Below are positions 1-13,663 of a stretch of 64,000 nucleotides of DNA, in pieces. Position numbers and translations under genes: made by a program. Source of the stretch: Lytechinus pictus (lineage: Eukaryota); assembly GCF_037042905.1 (NCBI RefSeq), contig NC_087253.1, forward strand, positions 1,054,001 to 1,118,000, written 5' to 3'. The notes under the pieces were generated by a model. That model was not told where the DNA came from, ran no database searches, and was given only the letters and a program-made list of their open reading frames with translations. How positions within the stretch are numbered: position 1 is the stretch's first letter; every line of letters starts with the position of its first letter.

Positions 1-192
1 ATTAAGGAGGGGAAGTTCTCCGGTTTGCTTTCATACTGGCTGTTTCACCGGCGAACTTTGCCGGGGAAACAGTTCATCGGCGAAGTTCTCCACCTCTAGA
101 GGTGGAGAAGTTCTCCGGTGTACCTTTCATACTGGACACTTTCCCCTTCGCTGGTGAACTTCGCCGGGGAAAAGTGCAATATGAAAGGGGTA
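1..192. mobile_element. Right end of a PIF/Harbinger-type MITE (same family as 7184-9041)
   Basis: Highly similar to 8823-9041; ends TATGAAAGGGGTA followed by TTA. Confidence 0.85.
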
Positions 193-1052
193 TTAATGTG
201 ATATGTGGTGACACGACATCTCCTCCTACGACATTTGCTCCGGTCTTAATATCTCAGAAGGCATACATGTAGGATTAGAATTAGGATTGTAATAGAGTTT
301 TAGGTTCAGAATATTGTCATGATTACGATTAGGGTTTATTTAGTTTTGGAGGTTAGGTTTTATGTTCCGCTTGTAGATTTTCCATCAGAGCAAATTACAT
401 GGAAACATGATACATATTGCTGTACAAGTTACATAAAGCTTAGCGATTGATTGTGGGAGTGATTTCTAAGATCAATTAAATTGATTATTGTATGATCAAT
501 CTTATTTCATTTCCATAATCAATGTATGCTAGCTATATTTAATAGGGCCCTGCTTGTTTTATGTAGGAAACATCGTTTCTGTCAGTCAGTGAGGCAAAGA
601 TCTGAGAACTTCTGAAATAAAGTGATGTTGCCAATTTTAAGAACAAATGCTGATCAATACCTTTACATAAATTCCAACACGAATGTGTTCTAGTCTGATG
701 GGAGTAATGGCATGATCTGATTGTTGTGTGCAGGAAATATTGTTTCTGTCAGTCAGTGAGGCAAAGATCCGAGAACTTTCCTATCATGAAACCTTCAGGA
801 AACAATTGGGTTGGGCAAACCTCCGATACTCACATCCGCTCTTTATTCATTCATCTTTTATCTACATGTAGTTCGGACTTTCACTTTGGTTCTTTGCAAT
901 CAGATGAAGTGCACTCACAATGGCTATAGCTCTATCCTAATTTTGGTATGAGCTTAAAAAATGATTAATTATAAAGTATTATTTACAAAGCCATAGTTGG
1001 TTGTTCGACCGGGGAAATAACTCTTGCTTGTATACAGATGTCAATGGCTTAA

Positions 1053-2692
1053 CCAACGAACGTAGAGGGCAGCAACACACGGCAGCGTTGCTTTTAGGAA
1101 GGTCCACTTCGCTCAGATTTTGTGACCATTTTCTCCCAGAGCACTTTTTTGGAAGATTGTAGAGTTGATTTTTTTGGGGGGGTTCAATTTCACTATTTTT
1201 GATGGATAATGAAACCTCCAAGAAAATATGTTGAATAATATTATTTTAGTATATGTGTATTAAAAAAAAAAATGTAAGACAAAAGATTATCATGATTCTT
1301 GTAGTTTACATATCAATAAAAATAAAATACATAGACTGATGACATTTCTGTTACCGTTTTTCTGCTTAATTTCGCTGCCCCTACCAAATCTACACAAGCT
1401 AACGCCAGAGCCAAGACCGTGATGTTCTGGTCTGGCCGCGCCAAAACTTCCCCGGTCACCTCGGTGCGCGTACTGCGCTGCGCGAATTATATGCTGGCCG
1501 CATTCGCACTGCACTGGCAGGATAATCTTGACGCAACTCGTCTTAGCTAGACCAAAGATATAGACTTGGTCTGTTATTGATGTGGCACTATGGGGGATGA
1601 GCAACGATAAAGATTTAAGGTTAGAATTTTAATTTTCACTTACAGTGTAGATTGTAGTCTAAAAATCTAAAATAATTATGCTATATCCACAAATCCAACC
1701 CACATTTTGCAATACATCAGGCAGGATCGAATACGGCCACTAAACTAGCAAAGCCAAATCCTAGTCTAACGTAGGTTAGACCTAAATATTAGAAAGAAAT
1801 TATCTGGTTCAGTATCGAGCTATGTATATTCCGAAGGGTCTTGACTTGAGAACTATCAAGGGGCGAGGGTCTATGTCACATCTACTATTTTCATTCTATA
1901 ATTTTACAAAAATTTTTGTTAGCATATGCATGCAGCCAATCGTACCCTACCTCAGCACCGACCGGCCCGGGGCGCCGGCGCGGTATGCCAGCCATGGCGA
2001 TTGTGTACTCAAGAGGCGGTGCTGGATTGTGTAGGCGCATTATGGTGCAGCGAAATTCAGATGAAGACGTATCAACCTCACGTATACTTGTTATCATATT
2101 GATATGCAAAGTCATAAAACTGTTGTCGCCACCATGTAATATTTTAGGAAAAATACAGGGACACGTATTTCATATTTTTAAGCATGATATTTGATGTAAA
2201 AACTTTTCAAGCAAAAATAATGATAAAGAGGAAATGAAAATAAATCAACTCTACAATCTACTAAAAAAGTGCTCTGAGAGGATTTCAGTGGTCACAAAAT
2301 GAGCTTGGCTAAATCAGGGTGAAATAAGCAGACTGGTTTATTTGTGGCAGAATTTAATCCTGTTTTACTGAAGATGTACACAAAATTATGACAATAATTT
2401 AGTGATATATTATTTATAAAATGGAGTACATTATCATTTATTTTTTAATATATTTTTTGTTTTTATTATTTGAATCTACATGTACTATTGCCATAATCTA
2501 TTAGTTTACCTAGAGCTATTTTGCTGTCACTCCATGAGTGTATTGTATCGGTTCATGGTTTCGTTGGCATGACTACCAAATTGTTGTGCACGCACTTCAA
2601 TTGTTGTGCACGCACTTCAATTGTCTGCGCGTATCGAGTGGACCTTCCTAATAGCAACACTGCCATGTGTTGCTGCCCTCTACGTTCGTTGG
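1053..2692. mobile_element. Unclassified non-autonomous TIR element
   Basis: 55-bp inverted repeats at 1053-1107 and 2638-2692, plus a second inverted block at ~1112-1170 / ~2242-2303. Flanks GCTTAA / GCTTGA may be a degenerate 6-bp TSD. Confidence 0.8.
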
Positions 2693-4697
2693 GCTTGACA
2701 AAGCCAAAAAAATTGATTGTAGATGCTGCTATAAAGATAATAATAATAAAGAGGTGATATAGAGTAGTTATCTCTTTCTCAGACATAAATTTTATGTAAG
2801 GTACATTTGGTAACATTGAACTCCTAAAAGTACCGGTAAACTTCAATGGAATCCTCTATTTTGATACTTTCATGGAACAAAGGGCCCAGGGCATTCATGT
2901 GAAAAAATTTGCCTGCACAGGTTATGTGAAAGACAAAATGATCACAAAAATATGTAAAGTTCAGCACCCAGGCCATACCATCAGTGAATTCAAGCCTTGG
3001 CTGGTCTCTAAAACACAATTTTTAATCATGTTCAAAGTTTTGACATTTTTCTGACGGTCATAATTTTTTGCTTTTAAAGTATTACCAGAGCAGGTATTTA
3101 CACCACTTTAATGAATAAATTCCCTATCCTTTAATAATTTGCAAAATTTTGTTCACAATTCAAATCTAATTTTTCAATACTTAAAATGAATCCCAGGTAG
3201 GCATTTCAGGAACTACTTATTTAAAAAAAAAATCATGAAATCATTACAAGCAGAATCTAGGTAGGGTTTTTTTTACAGTCTCTGCACACGCCACACAGAC
3301 TGCCACAGTACAGATACAATGGTTTAGGATGCTTTGTACAATCAAAGGACAGTGATATGCCAGTTCATGAGAAATTTTAATCTTATCTTTATAAATATAT
3401 TAAGAATTTTGATCTGAAATTTGGTAAGTCAATAGACAATGGGTAATGAAGGTATTTCAGAATATGTGAAAAATTCAATTTTGAAATATTTGACCAAAAA
3501 TTAGGTTTTGGCCAGTTAGAAAAATCACTGACGATATGGCTAAGGCCTCCCTCAGCCGCATGGCGAGTACATACATGTACAATAAAAGCTCAGACCAGCT
3601 TGTATAAAAACGCTTGGCCAGCATACTCTTATCTGTAGATGAGGGGGGGATACACATATGTAAGGTGAGATTTGTTGATGTTTATCCCTTTCCTTTTGTT
3701 CAGTCTCACTTTCAGTGTCTGCTATTTTAATTGGGTTCTAGCCAGTCCAATGAACCTAAATGACCTCACATTAAAGTGCACACCCAGTATTAAACTACAT
3801 GTAATCTCTGATTTGTCTTCTATATCTCAAAATTTATCTGGTTTGAACGTTCACCACTGTAATAAAATAACTAATTCTACTATTTGCCACAAATTTTTAC
3901 ATGTATGCATAAAACTTTGCTTAGTCTATAATGGTTGTGCTAAATCTAAATTGTAATATTTATCAATATTATTTCTTAACTCCTCGTTAGGTATTTTCTG
4001 AAAGAATATTCATGACAAATTTATAAATATAATCTTAATAGAATTATTGAGTACATGTAATCTGTCATAAATGTAAAACACAATTAGTCAGACTACAAAT
4101 AGATGGACATGTTCATTGATAAATTCCTAAATTCTACAAGATACTGAGCTCTTTTTGATATTATCATTGGTTCTGCATTATAAATAGGAAACCACATTGA
4201 ATATATTAATGCTTCTAATATTTAATTCCTATAGATTGGATTGTTTCTATCTTGATTAATGCATAATCAATGTACATTCCAAATCTGATCTAGGGGTCTA
4301 AATCAATTAAACTACAGGTAGGTCTACTCATCAACAATTTTGTTTTCATCGCTAAATTTTTTTAAATCCTTTTTTCCTCTAGTGTGAATGAACCTCATCA
4401 CAAGTGATGGAAAACGATTTTACCATGGTTGAGTTATTGAGATATTGGGCATCCACCCAGTCATGCAGTCAGTCAGTCATGCCTTACCGAGAGCCAGGGA
4501 CACCAGCTAGGCAGCTAGCCAAGGGGTGACTGTCCACTCTGAAGGTAGCCTGTCCAAAGGTACATTTAGTCTGACGACAAGGTCCTCTGAAGTTGTGACT
4601 CTTAATCTTATGATCATTTTCAGAGTCAATTCTTTTGAAATGGCAAAAATTACATGTTGGCTCAGGGCAACTTTCAACAAATGCTCATAAGAGCACT

Positions 4698-4998
4698 GGG
4701 GCCGATTGCACGAAAGGGTCTTTCCAATGACCGTCTTTCGTGTCGCCAATCTTTTATGATGCACTATATATGCGGGATATTTCTTAAATTTATGATTCAA
4801 CAAATAAAATTCATTAGCTAGCTTTTAAATCAATTTTTATACAATTTCATGATACTGTATAAACAAAGATTTTGTTGACTTTAAGTACAGAAAAATAAAA
4901 TATGTTTGCAGATTATTTATTGAAAATGCGTTTCACATGGCGCATCATAAAAAATGGGCGACACGAAAGATGGTTCTTGCAAAGACTCTTTCAGCCCC
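4698..4998. mobile_element. Imperfect palindromic MITE
   Basis: GACCGTCTTTCGTGTCGCC..TTTTATGATGC is mirrored by GCATCATAAAA..GGCGACACGAAAGATGGTT. Confidence 0.7.
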
Positions 4999-7183
4999 AG
5001 GAACATATAAGGGAGCCCTGGAAATCCCCATTCAGATTTTATAGGCAGTACTTAGATTTTGAATAGTACTCCCAGAAATTTTTTTTTTGCCTGTCATGGG
5101 ATGAAGTGAAAGTAGCCTATAATGAAGAGAGATGTAGGCAATGTTAATGGATATTTAGAGGCGCTAAAAACAAGTTGCACTGAAGTTTATACCTTCTATT
5201 GATAGTTTAATACTAGTTCTGCAATAGTTTTCAATTTCTGAAAGTTATATTAATTCCTTAAATTTGATTGGCTGTCGAGTCCTGTTGCCATGGTAGTTAT
5301 CACTGAACAGCAAAATTACTTATTAATACTACAACGCTCAAGAGTCGAGACCCAATAAGTAAATACATGTACATGTAGATGGTTATAGTTCTTTATTTTA
5401 TAGGTAAAGTATGTAAGATCTAGCTAATAGTACAATTAAGAATTATCACGGCAGTAATACAGAAATTTAGATTCAGAATAAAACTATGGATCTTACTAGT
5501 TCTAGTAGGATCCATGGAAAAACATATCAAAATACATGTTCATATACAAAAAATAACAATACAATTGAAGTGTCATTATAATCCCCAGAATTCAGCATGC
5601 ATATGCCAATTACTTCTATGAAATAATCGCAGTGTATGCTGCAGACAAAAATTTTCAGCATTACTACAATAACAATATTTGAAGGGTTCACACAAAGGCA
5701 AATTAGAATATTAAAATGAAGTCAAGCATGAATGTATACAAACGAAAGCTAATATTTAATATCTATATGGTACACAACACTTGCACAAGTAGTCATGTAC
5801 ACAGTACAAGGAGGTTATGTTTGTATGCAATGAGTGTGTACACATTCATGACTCAAAGTAACTTTGTAAACACAGAACATGTGTTTAAGGCACTCACTAT
5901 CAATATTTGACAACAAAACACACAAGACTTGATCATAAAGGAGGAGAAGGCTTTCAATACATAAAATACAATATAAATATGTATTCATGCATGCATGCAT
6001 AATACACAGCTGATCACAGTCTGCTGCCTTTTTTTTGCCTTTGTGGACAAAAAAAAATTATTTTGCATGTAACTCATACATTGTACAGTATCATAAAAAT
6101 TAAGTACATGTATGAAGGCCCACATAAATACTTTGGACATACATGTACATGTATACAAATTCTTCTCTCCAAGTGATTTACGTGTAGGCCTGTGGATATC
6201 ACAGAAAAAAATTAAAAGGCAAGTTTTCAAGTTTTTTACAAATATATCGTTTAAAGGACTTCATCATGTACGCATGTAGGGTCTAAACCTCTTTTTTTAA
6301 TTTTCAGTTCACAAAATTCACCTTTGAGTCAAATCAAGCTTGTTATCCACACTGTACTATTTTTATATCCAGTACAGGCATGTGCAAAATGGAGTGAGCT
6401 CAAAGCTGTTTAGTTTTAAAAGGACAATGCAAAGTAAATTAGGCGGAGAATTACACACTTATAACATGTGATAAATCAATAGCCAAAACACATTAGACAG
6501 ACAGACAATCATTGCATTAAAAACCTGTCAAGTCTAACAATTATTAAAGTGGGTATTAAGTACCTGTGTGCCAGCAACATTAACAGTCAGACTTGTTGAC
6601 ATAGAGAAATTAATTTAAGATTTCTATTGGTCCCTCACAATATCAATGGTATAAAGAATAAATAAACAGAAATTATTGATATAATTGCATAGAAGAATAC
6701 CAATATGCAAAGTAGACTTTTAATCAGCTGCTAGCTGCATAATTTCAAAGGAGAATAAACGTAACAAACTCAACAAAGTTAAATGTGTTTCAATTTTTTC
6801 AATCGTATCACACATGTACATATGTTTGTGAAATTGGAAAAAAGCAAAGGCATGGCTTGAAAACTGTACTGATATGTAGTTTAGCAATGATCATAGTGTT
6901 GGGAGTGAATCCAATATAAACCAATTGTGTGGTGAATTCAATCATGGCACCTCATGCCCAGCATATCAAATCAAATTAAAATAGATAGATTTAAGCCGAT
7001 GCTAGAGCCAGGATGTAATGAGAAATAATGGGAAGTGCGTTGATAGCAGCGTGACTGGCATGGACAGATTGCATTGAGGGGTAGATTTTAAAAAACCACT
7101 TTTACATAGCCTCACGAATATATTGCTTTTAATAAGATTATGCTGGTAGATTCTGATAAAATGGAATCTCAGTTCCACTTTAA

Positions 7184-9041
7184 TACCCCTTTCATACTGC
7201 CCTCTTCATTTTTCACCGGCAAACTTCGCCCCCGAACTTCTCCGCCTCGCATTCCTCACTTCCCCGGCGAAGAAAAAATGTACCCTTTCGCACTGACATT
7301 TCTTCCCCGGCGAAAGTCAAAGGGCGATTGCAGAACAAACGAAAGAAAATTGTAAACATTACTTCTTACATGTACCTATTACAAAAAGGTATCAAAAAAA
7401 TTAATTACAACATATCTTGGAAGTATTGCGATAAAAACAAACAATATCACCTTGTTTTTATATTTTAGCGCATTTTATACATGTAAAAAGTGCTTTTTAA
7501 TAAATATTGTTGGTAAAAAAAACAAGTGGAACGCCTCTGGCAGTCTCGCCTGCATTACGCAATTTAACATAGCAGCAGTGCTAACTTTGAAAACTACTAT
7601 AAAATAATCATTCACAAAAACACCATTCATATAATGATATAATACCACGTTCATTGACCATAGATGACATTTGAACAGTGACTTAAGACTTGTCAACTAC
7701 ACCCATGTCCACATTTCATTCATTCTCTATCCATAAACTTTCAAAGTTATGATGGCACTTCAACAATTACCCCAACATGGCCTAAGTTTATTGACCTTAA
7801 CTGACCTTTGACTTGGTTTTGTGACCTGAAACTCACAGGGGATGTTCAGTGAAGCTTGATTACTCTTATATCCCAAGTTTTATGAACTAGATCCATAAAC
7901 TTTCAGAGTTAGGATGGTAATTTAACATATACGCCCAACACGGCCAAAGTTCATTGACCTTAAATGACCATTGACCATGGTCATGTGACCTGAAACTCAC
8001 ACAGGATATTCAGTGGTACTTGATTAACCTAATGTCCAAGTTTCATGAACTAAATCCATAAATTTTCAAAGTTATGATGGTAATTCAACAAATACCCCCA
8101 ACTTGGCCAAAGTTCATTGACCCTAAATGACCTTTGACCTTGGTCATGTGACCTGAAACTCAGGCAGGATGCTCACTAATACTTGATTAACCTTATGTCC
8201 AAGTTTCATGGACTAGATCCATAAATTTTCAAAGTTATGATAGTAATTCAACAAATGCCCCCAACTTAACCAAAGTTCATTGACCCTAAATGACCTTTGA
8301 CCTTGGTCACGTGACCTGAAACTCGAGCAGGATGTTCACTAATACTTGATTAACCTTATGCCCAAGTTTCATGAACTAGGTCCATATACTTTTTAAGTTA
8401 TGATGTCATTTCAAAAACTTAACCTTCGGTTAAGATTTTGAAAATAATTTTCCCAACATGGTCTAAGTTCATTGACCCTAAATGACCTTTGACCTTGGTC
8501 ATGTGACCTGAAACTCAGGTAGGATGTTCAGTAATACTTGACTAACCTTATGTCCAAGTTTCATGAACTAGGTCCATATACTTTCTAAGTTATGATGTCA
8601 TTTCAAAAACTTAACCTTAGGTTAAGATTTGATGTTGACGCCGCCGCCGCCGTCGCCGTCAGAAAAGCGGCGCCTATAGTCTCGCTCTGCTATGCAGGCG
8701 AGACAAAAAATATGTTCGAGGGTATCTACTTGGCCATAGCATTCAGCTGAGCTTGCAACTATCACGCGCGGAATCTCGGTACAGGGGACTTCGGGAGAGA
8801 AAAAAAATTGACCTCTGACGTCATTAAAGAGGAGAAGTTCTCCGGTTTGCTTTCATACTGGCCTTTTCACCGGCGAACTTTGCCGGTGAAACAGTTTCGC
8901 CGGCGAAGTTCTCCACCTATACAGGTGGAGAAGTTCGCCGGCGAACATCACCGGTGAAGTTCTCCTGTGTACCTTTCATACTGGACACTTTCCCCTTCGC
9001 TGGCGAACTTCGCCAATGAAAAGCGCAATATGAAAGGGGTA
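7184..9041. mobile_element. PIF/Harbinger-type MITE interrupted by a HINE
   Basis: TIR TACCCCTTTCATA / TATGAAAGGGGTA, 3-bp TAA TSD, repeated subterminal TTTCATACTG and TTCGCCGGCGAA motifs. Confidence 0.85.
7521..8710 (-). mobile_element. Helentron-associated non-autonomous element (HINE/DINE-1/pearl-like), copy 1
   Basis: SubTIRs GTCTCGCCTGCA, a terminal hairpin, a (GCC)n microsatellite and a central tandem array of 163-bp units (plus a 192-bp variant). Inserted in an A/T run with no TSD. Confidence 0.85.
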
Positions 9042-9323
9042 TAAAAAAGGTGGGGTGATGACATCTTGTACAGGTACATGTATATTGAATTTGAGGGATA
9101 ATCAATTTTATGACAAGATAATGTAATTTCATAAAATCTTGGATATCTAAAAGCTACAAGATATCCCTGACATTTCCAACCTACTCCAAGCTTTATAAGA
9201 AGTGGTAAAGATACATACATGTACTGTACATGTACAAGTTTGCTGATATCTCATTTTGAACTGGCATTCAATCCATCCCAAAACATATTTTCATTTCATA
9301 TCATCCACATGTAGATCTATTAA

Positions 9324-9922
9324 AGGTCAAGTCCACCCCAGAAAACTGATGATTTGAATGAACAGAGAAAAATCAAACTAGCAAAACGCTAAAAAATTCA
9401 TCAAAATCGGATGTAAAATAAGAAAGTTATGACATTTTAAAGTTTCGCTTATTTTTACAAAACAGTTATATTCACATCTCAGTGACATGCAAATGAGACA
9501 GTCGATGATGTCCATCACTCACTATTTCTTTTGTTTTTTATTGTTTGAATCATACAATATTTCATTTTTTTACAGATTTGACAATAAGGACCAACTTGAC
9601 TGATCCATATAGTATTAAACAATGCTAATGCCACGTGTTTAGGCAGGAATCAATCTTTGTTTCACTTGACAATGAGGCGAAAATGAGAATATTTCATATT
9701 TCATATAATGAAATACGAAAGAAATAGTGGATGACGTCATCAGTCTTCTCATTTGCATACCGACCAGGATGTGCATATAACTGTTTTGTGAAATTAAGCA
9801 AAACTTTAAAATGTCATAACTTTCTTATTTTACATCCGATTTTTATGAAATTTTCAGTGTTATGCTTGTTGGATTTTTCTCTTTTTATTCTAATCAACTA
9901 ATGGTTGGGGTGGACTTGTCTT
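9324..9922. mobile_element. Kolobok/T2-type MITE
   Basis: TTAA flanks, termini AGGTCAAGTCCACCCC / GGGGTGGACTTGTCTT, long imperfect TIRs (~200 bp). Confidence 0.85.
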
Positions 9923-10547
9923 TTAAAGGGCATACACATTCATATAAAAGTATGATCATGGATTGTTTTGAGTATGATTTATGAGATGGAATCTTTAATG
10001 TGTACCTTTTAGATGCAGTAAATCACATTACAAATTTAAAGGATTTCATCAAATATTAATAAGTGACCTTTATAGAACTTTCTCCTGGGGTGGGATGTTA
10101 ATAATGACCATCATTCAAAAGCCTCAATTCAGGCTTGACAGGCAGGGATATTTATGTGTGCATTCACAGCCTACATGTTGATAAACACATATCAAATAAC
10201 ATTCAGATTTTCTCCACGGAACTAATTTTCTTCTGTTGATTCGGGGCGACATTTACATGTATGAAAAACTTTTAATGGAGGCTATTTTGCTACTAACTAG
10301 CAGATATTTTTTTAATTCTGTGGAAAATCACCTTTTTCACGACTATTCAGAAGACTGTCACGAAAATGACTGATCAGGAATAGAAAGAGACTAATCTGGT
10401 TATAGGGGAAGTGAGGCATTTGATATGTGTTATGAATGATTGAGATATAACGTCATTATAAAGATTTAGAACTAGTAGTAGAACCAAGAACTACTCATAC
10501 AGTAAAACCTAATGTACACAATAAAACCAAAGCAGATACTTAACAAG

Positions 10548-11506
10548 ACAAGTGGAATGCCTCTGGCCGTCTCACCTGCATCACGCGATTCAATATAGCA
10601 GCAGTGCTGATTTTGAAAACTACTATAACTCGCACAAGATGTTCAGTGATACTTGGTTACTCTTATTTCCACGTTTTATGAACTAGACCAATACACTTAT
10701 AGAGATATGATGGCAATTCAACAAATACCCCCAACGTGGCCAAAGTTCTTTGACCTTACATGACCTTTGACCTTGATCATGTGACCTGAAACTCGCACAG
10801 GATGTTCAGTGATACTTGATTACTATTATGTCCAAGTTTTATGAACTAGACCAACGCACTTTCAAATTTATGGCTGTAATTCAACAAATACCCCAATTTG
10901 GCCAAAGTTCATTGACCCTAAATGACCTTTGACCTTGATCATGTGACCTGAAACTTGCACAGGATGTTCAGTAATACTTGATTACTATTATGTCCAAGTT
11001 TCATGAATCAGATCCATAAACTTTCAAAGTTATGATGGTAATTCAACAGATACCCCCAATTCGGCCAAAGTTCATTGACCCTAAATGACCTTTGACCTTG
11101 GTCATGTGATGTGAAACTCATGCAGGATGTTCAGTGATACTTGATTAACCTTATGTATAAGTTTCATGAACTAGGTCCATATATTTTCTAAGTTATGATG
11201 ACATTTCAAAAACTTAACCTTAGGTTAAGATTTTGATGTTGATTCCCCCAACATGGTCTAAGTTCATTGACCCTAAATGACCTTTGACCTTGGTCATGTG
11301 ACATGAAACTCAGGCAGGATGTTCAGTAATACTTGATTGACCTTATGGCCAAGTTTCATGAACTAGGTCCATATACTTTCTAAGTTATGCTGTCATTTCA
11401 AAAACTTAACCTCAGGTTAAGATTTGGTGTTGACGCCGCCGCCGCCGTCGCCGTCGGAAAAGCGGCGCCTATAGTCTCACTCTGCTATGCAGGTGAGACA
11501 AAAAAA
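10548..11506 (-). mobile_element. HINE/DINE-like element, copy 2
   Basis: Same architecture and ends as 7521-8710, with the same TGACCTTTGACC-containing tandem unit. Confidence 0.85.
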
Positions 11507-11889
11507 CTACATGTAGGCCTGACATGGACATGAAAACCAAGGGCAACACTCTTTTGCCCTTTCATCCATCCCATAATGCTCCCTTTTCTAGTTCTTGATT
11601 TTATATCATGATCCTACACCAGTATTCAAATATATTCAATAAGAATGAAGATAATGACAACTGAATGTAAATGTACATGAAAAAAAAATTGTACATTCTT
11701 CCCACTTTTTGGAAACTGAACCGGTAGTTTTTTTTATTTCTGATTGGTGAACTGTAAATGGCAATATTTTTACTACAATATCGCTCTCAACCTTCACTTT
11801 ACCTCCATCATTTCCAAATGCTTAAAATAACCAGCAGCTTGTATTGGTTCAATTAACATCAATCAAGTTCAACTTTGTGATGATTGAAC

Positions 11890-12025
11890 AGGGGAGTGTT
11901 TCATGAAACATATAGTCAGTGATGTTCAATAATAAATGTTATAAGCTACTGAAATCCTTGCATCTGATTGGCTCAGAACACATTAGTCAGTGAAAATCAT
12001 AAACAACATGTTAAAAGAAACACTC
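11890..12025. repeat. Representative of a ~130-150 bp CCAATCAG-containing short dispersed repeat family
   Basis: Related copies at about 19922-20050, 28510-28650, 31968-32090, 36477-36592 and 51377-51500 (GGAGCRTTTCATGAAA ends, AGCCAATCAGATGCAAGGATTTC core). Confidence 0.65.
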
Positions 12026-13099
12026 ATAATTTTGAAACATGGTTTGATGAGAAAATGTTGTGATATTATCTGAACATCGCACCACTGGATGCTTCCTTGA
12101 GAAAAAGTAATGAAAGGGAAATGCGACTATTAAAGAAAAATACCAGTTGTTGTAACGATCTCAAAATGAATCCGAAAAGAATCCAATGAAATTACCATCA
12201 AAATGTTTGTACGTAAAAATTAAAAAAATATGTGCTCTGGAAGAAAAATGGGTAATTGCTGAGAAGTAAAGCAATACAAGCACGGAATTCCATCACATGT
12301 TGGGTATTTTTTCGAAACAATATTAATAAACTGTCCCACATACAGTATGCTTTTCTGTATTACTGTAGTGATCATCAGAAAATCGATTTTGAGCTAAGAT
12401 TCCATGATTTTACAAAGATAAGTTTACATTAATGTACCAGATCTAGATGTATGATATTATTTTGACAACTAAACTTGATTTAAAAAGACTTTCTTGTGAA
12501 ATGATTGTTTGCTGCGACTACCGTCTTTTACGTAAAGAGAGGGAGAGAGAGACAGAGAGAGAGGGGGGGGGGGCTGTCAATAATAAGACATTGATCCAAT
12601 TTATTAGCAATGGAGATGAACAATCATATTTGGAGAGCAGTTCATTATGACTACAACCGAAGGCCTTCACATCCATCATGATCCATAAATATACAATGAT
12701 GACGCATTACATACAGCTAAAAACAAGCACACTTTCCAATAACAATTTAAAAAAAAATTATGGTTAAAAAAACATGGCTGTGTTTTTCCTGTGGTGCATC
12801 ATATTCAAATAATCTATGAACATTTGAATACATGTGTGATCAATAAAAAAAAACATTTTTGATGGCAATAAAAATTCAATTCAATCTTTTAATATCAAAG
12901 TAATGAACTAAAATCTTTACAAATGAACAGATATTCAATTTCATTAGTCTGATTCTGATGAACTTGCACTTTATAAACGTATCTGCTGCTGAAATTCATG
13001 ACCCAAAAAAATAAATTCACCATCCACCTTTAAAATCAAAAGGCGTGCAAAGTGGAATTTAAAATCTTAAGCGCATTATCTAATTACCTACTCATTAAA

Positions 13100-13330
13100 T
13101 GGTGTGATATACTGCATTACCTTTAGCCCAAGCTGCTGTCAGTAGATGCCTTTAGTGCTTTCAAGGAATTCATGTTTCAATACTAATAGCCAATTCATCT
13201 CACCTGGGTTGAGTGCAGCACATTGTCTATCAATTTCTTACTCAAAGGAATCATGCCATGGCTATGATTTGAACTAATGACCTTCTGATTCAAAGGCAAG
13301 AGTTAGTGCCATCGGACCACCATGTCCCAC
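13100..13330 (-). mobile_element. Degenerate tRNA-derived SINE
   Basis: The minus strand has A-box-like TGGTCCGATGG and B-box-like AGTTCAAATC, followed by a TCCTTTGAGTAAG...CACTCAACCCAGGTG core typical of invertebrate SINEs. Confidence 0.6.
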
Positions 13331-13663
13331 TTCACCATACAGTCCTACATGTACTTCAGTTCACATTAGAAAAGTATTTCAGGCTGTCCATGACTTATTG
13401 TTTTCTGTGCACGGACACCCTACACTGATGAATAGCTTATAATAACAGAGAAAGGTTCGTCAGCGTCAACAAAGAATAATTGCAGATGATATGAAGTCAA
13501 AACAATTCTCACCACAATAAATAGATGATAGCCTTGGGCTAAAAAATCAAAACTGGAAAAATAATAACTAGACCCCTGTCCCCATACTGTATGCAGGATC
13601 AATTTCCAATGCATTTATTTGCACTGGACATACAGTACATGTACAAAGGCCTCGGCATAGGTA

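Noticed and set aside
270-360. Telomere-like TTAGG/TTAGGG tract
   Set aside because: Highly degenerate and embedded in a short dispersed repeat; not a telomere or a convincing interstitial array.
4488-4586. Exon-like GC-rich segment with gtaagg donor as exon 2 of the 18.5-kb gene
   Set aside because: The phase-1 frame hits TAG and the acceptor is weak.
7690-8640. Regular repeats that might suggest a CRISPR array
   Set aside because: Units are contiguous 163/192-bp tandem repeats with no unique spacers, in eukaryotic DNA with no cas genes.
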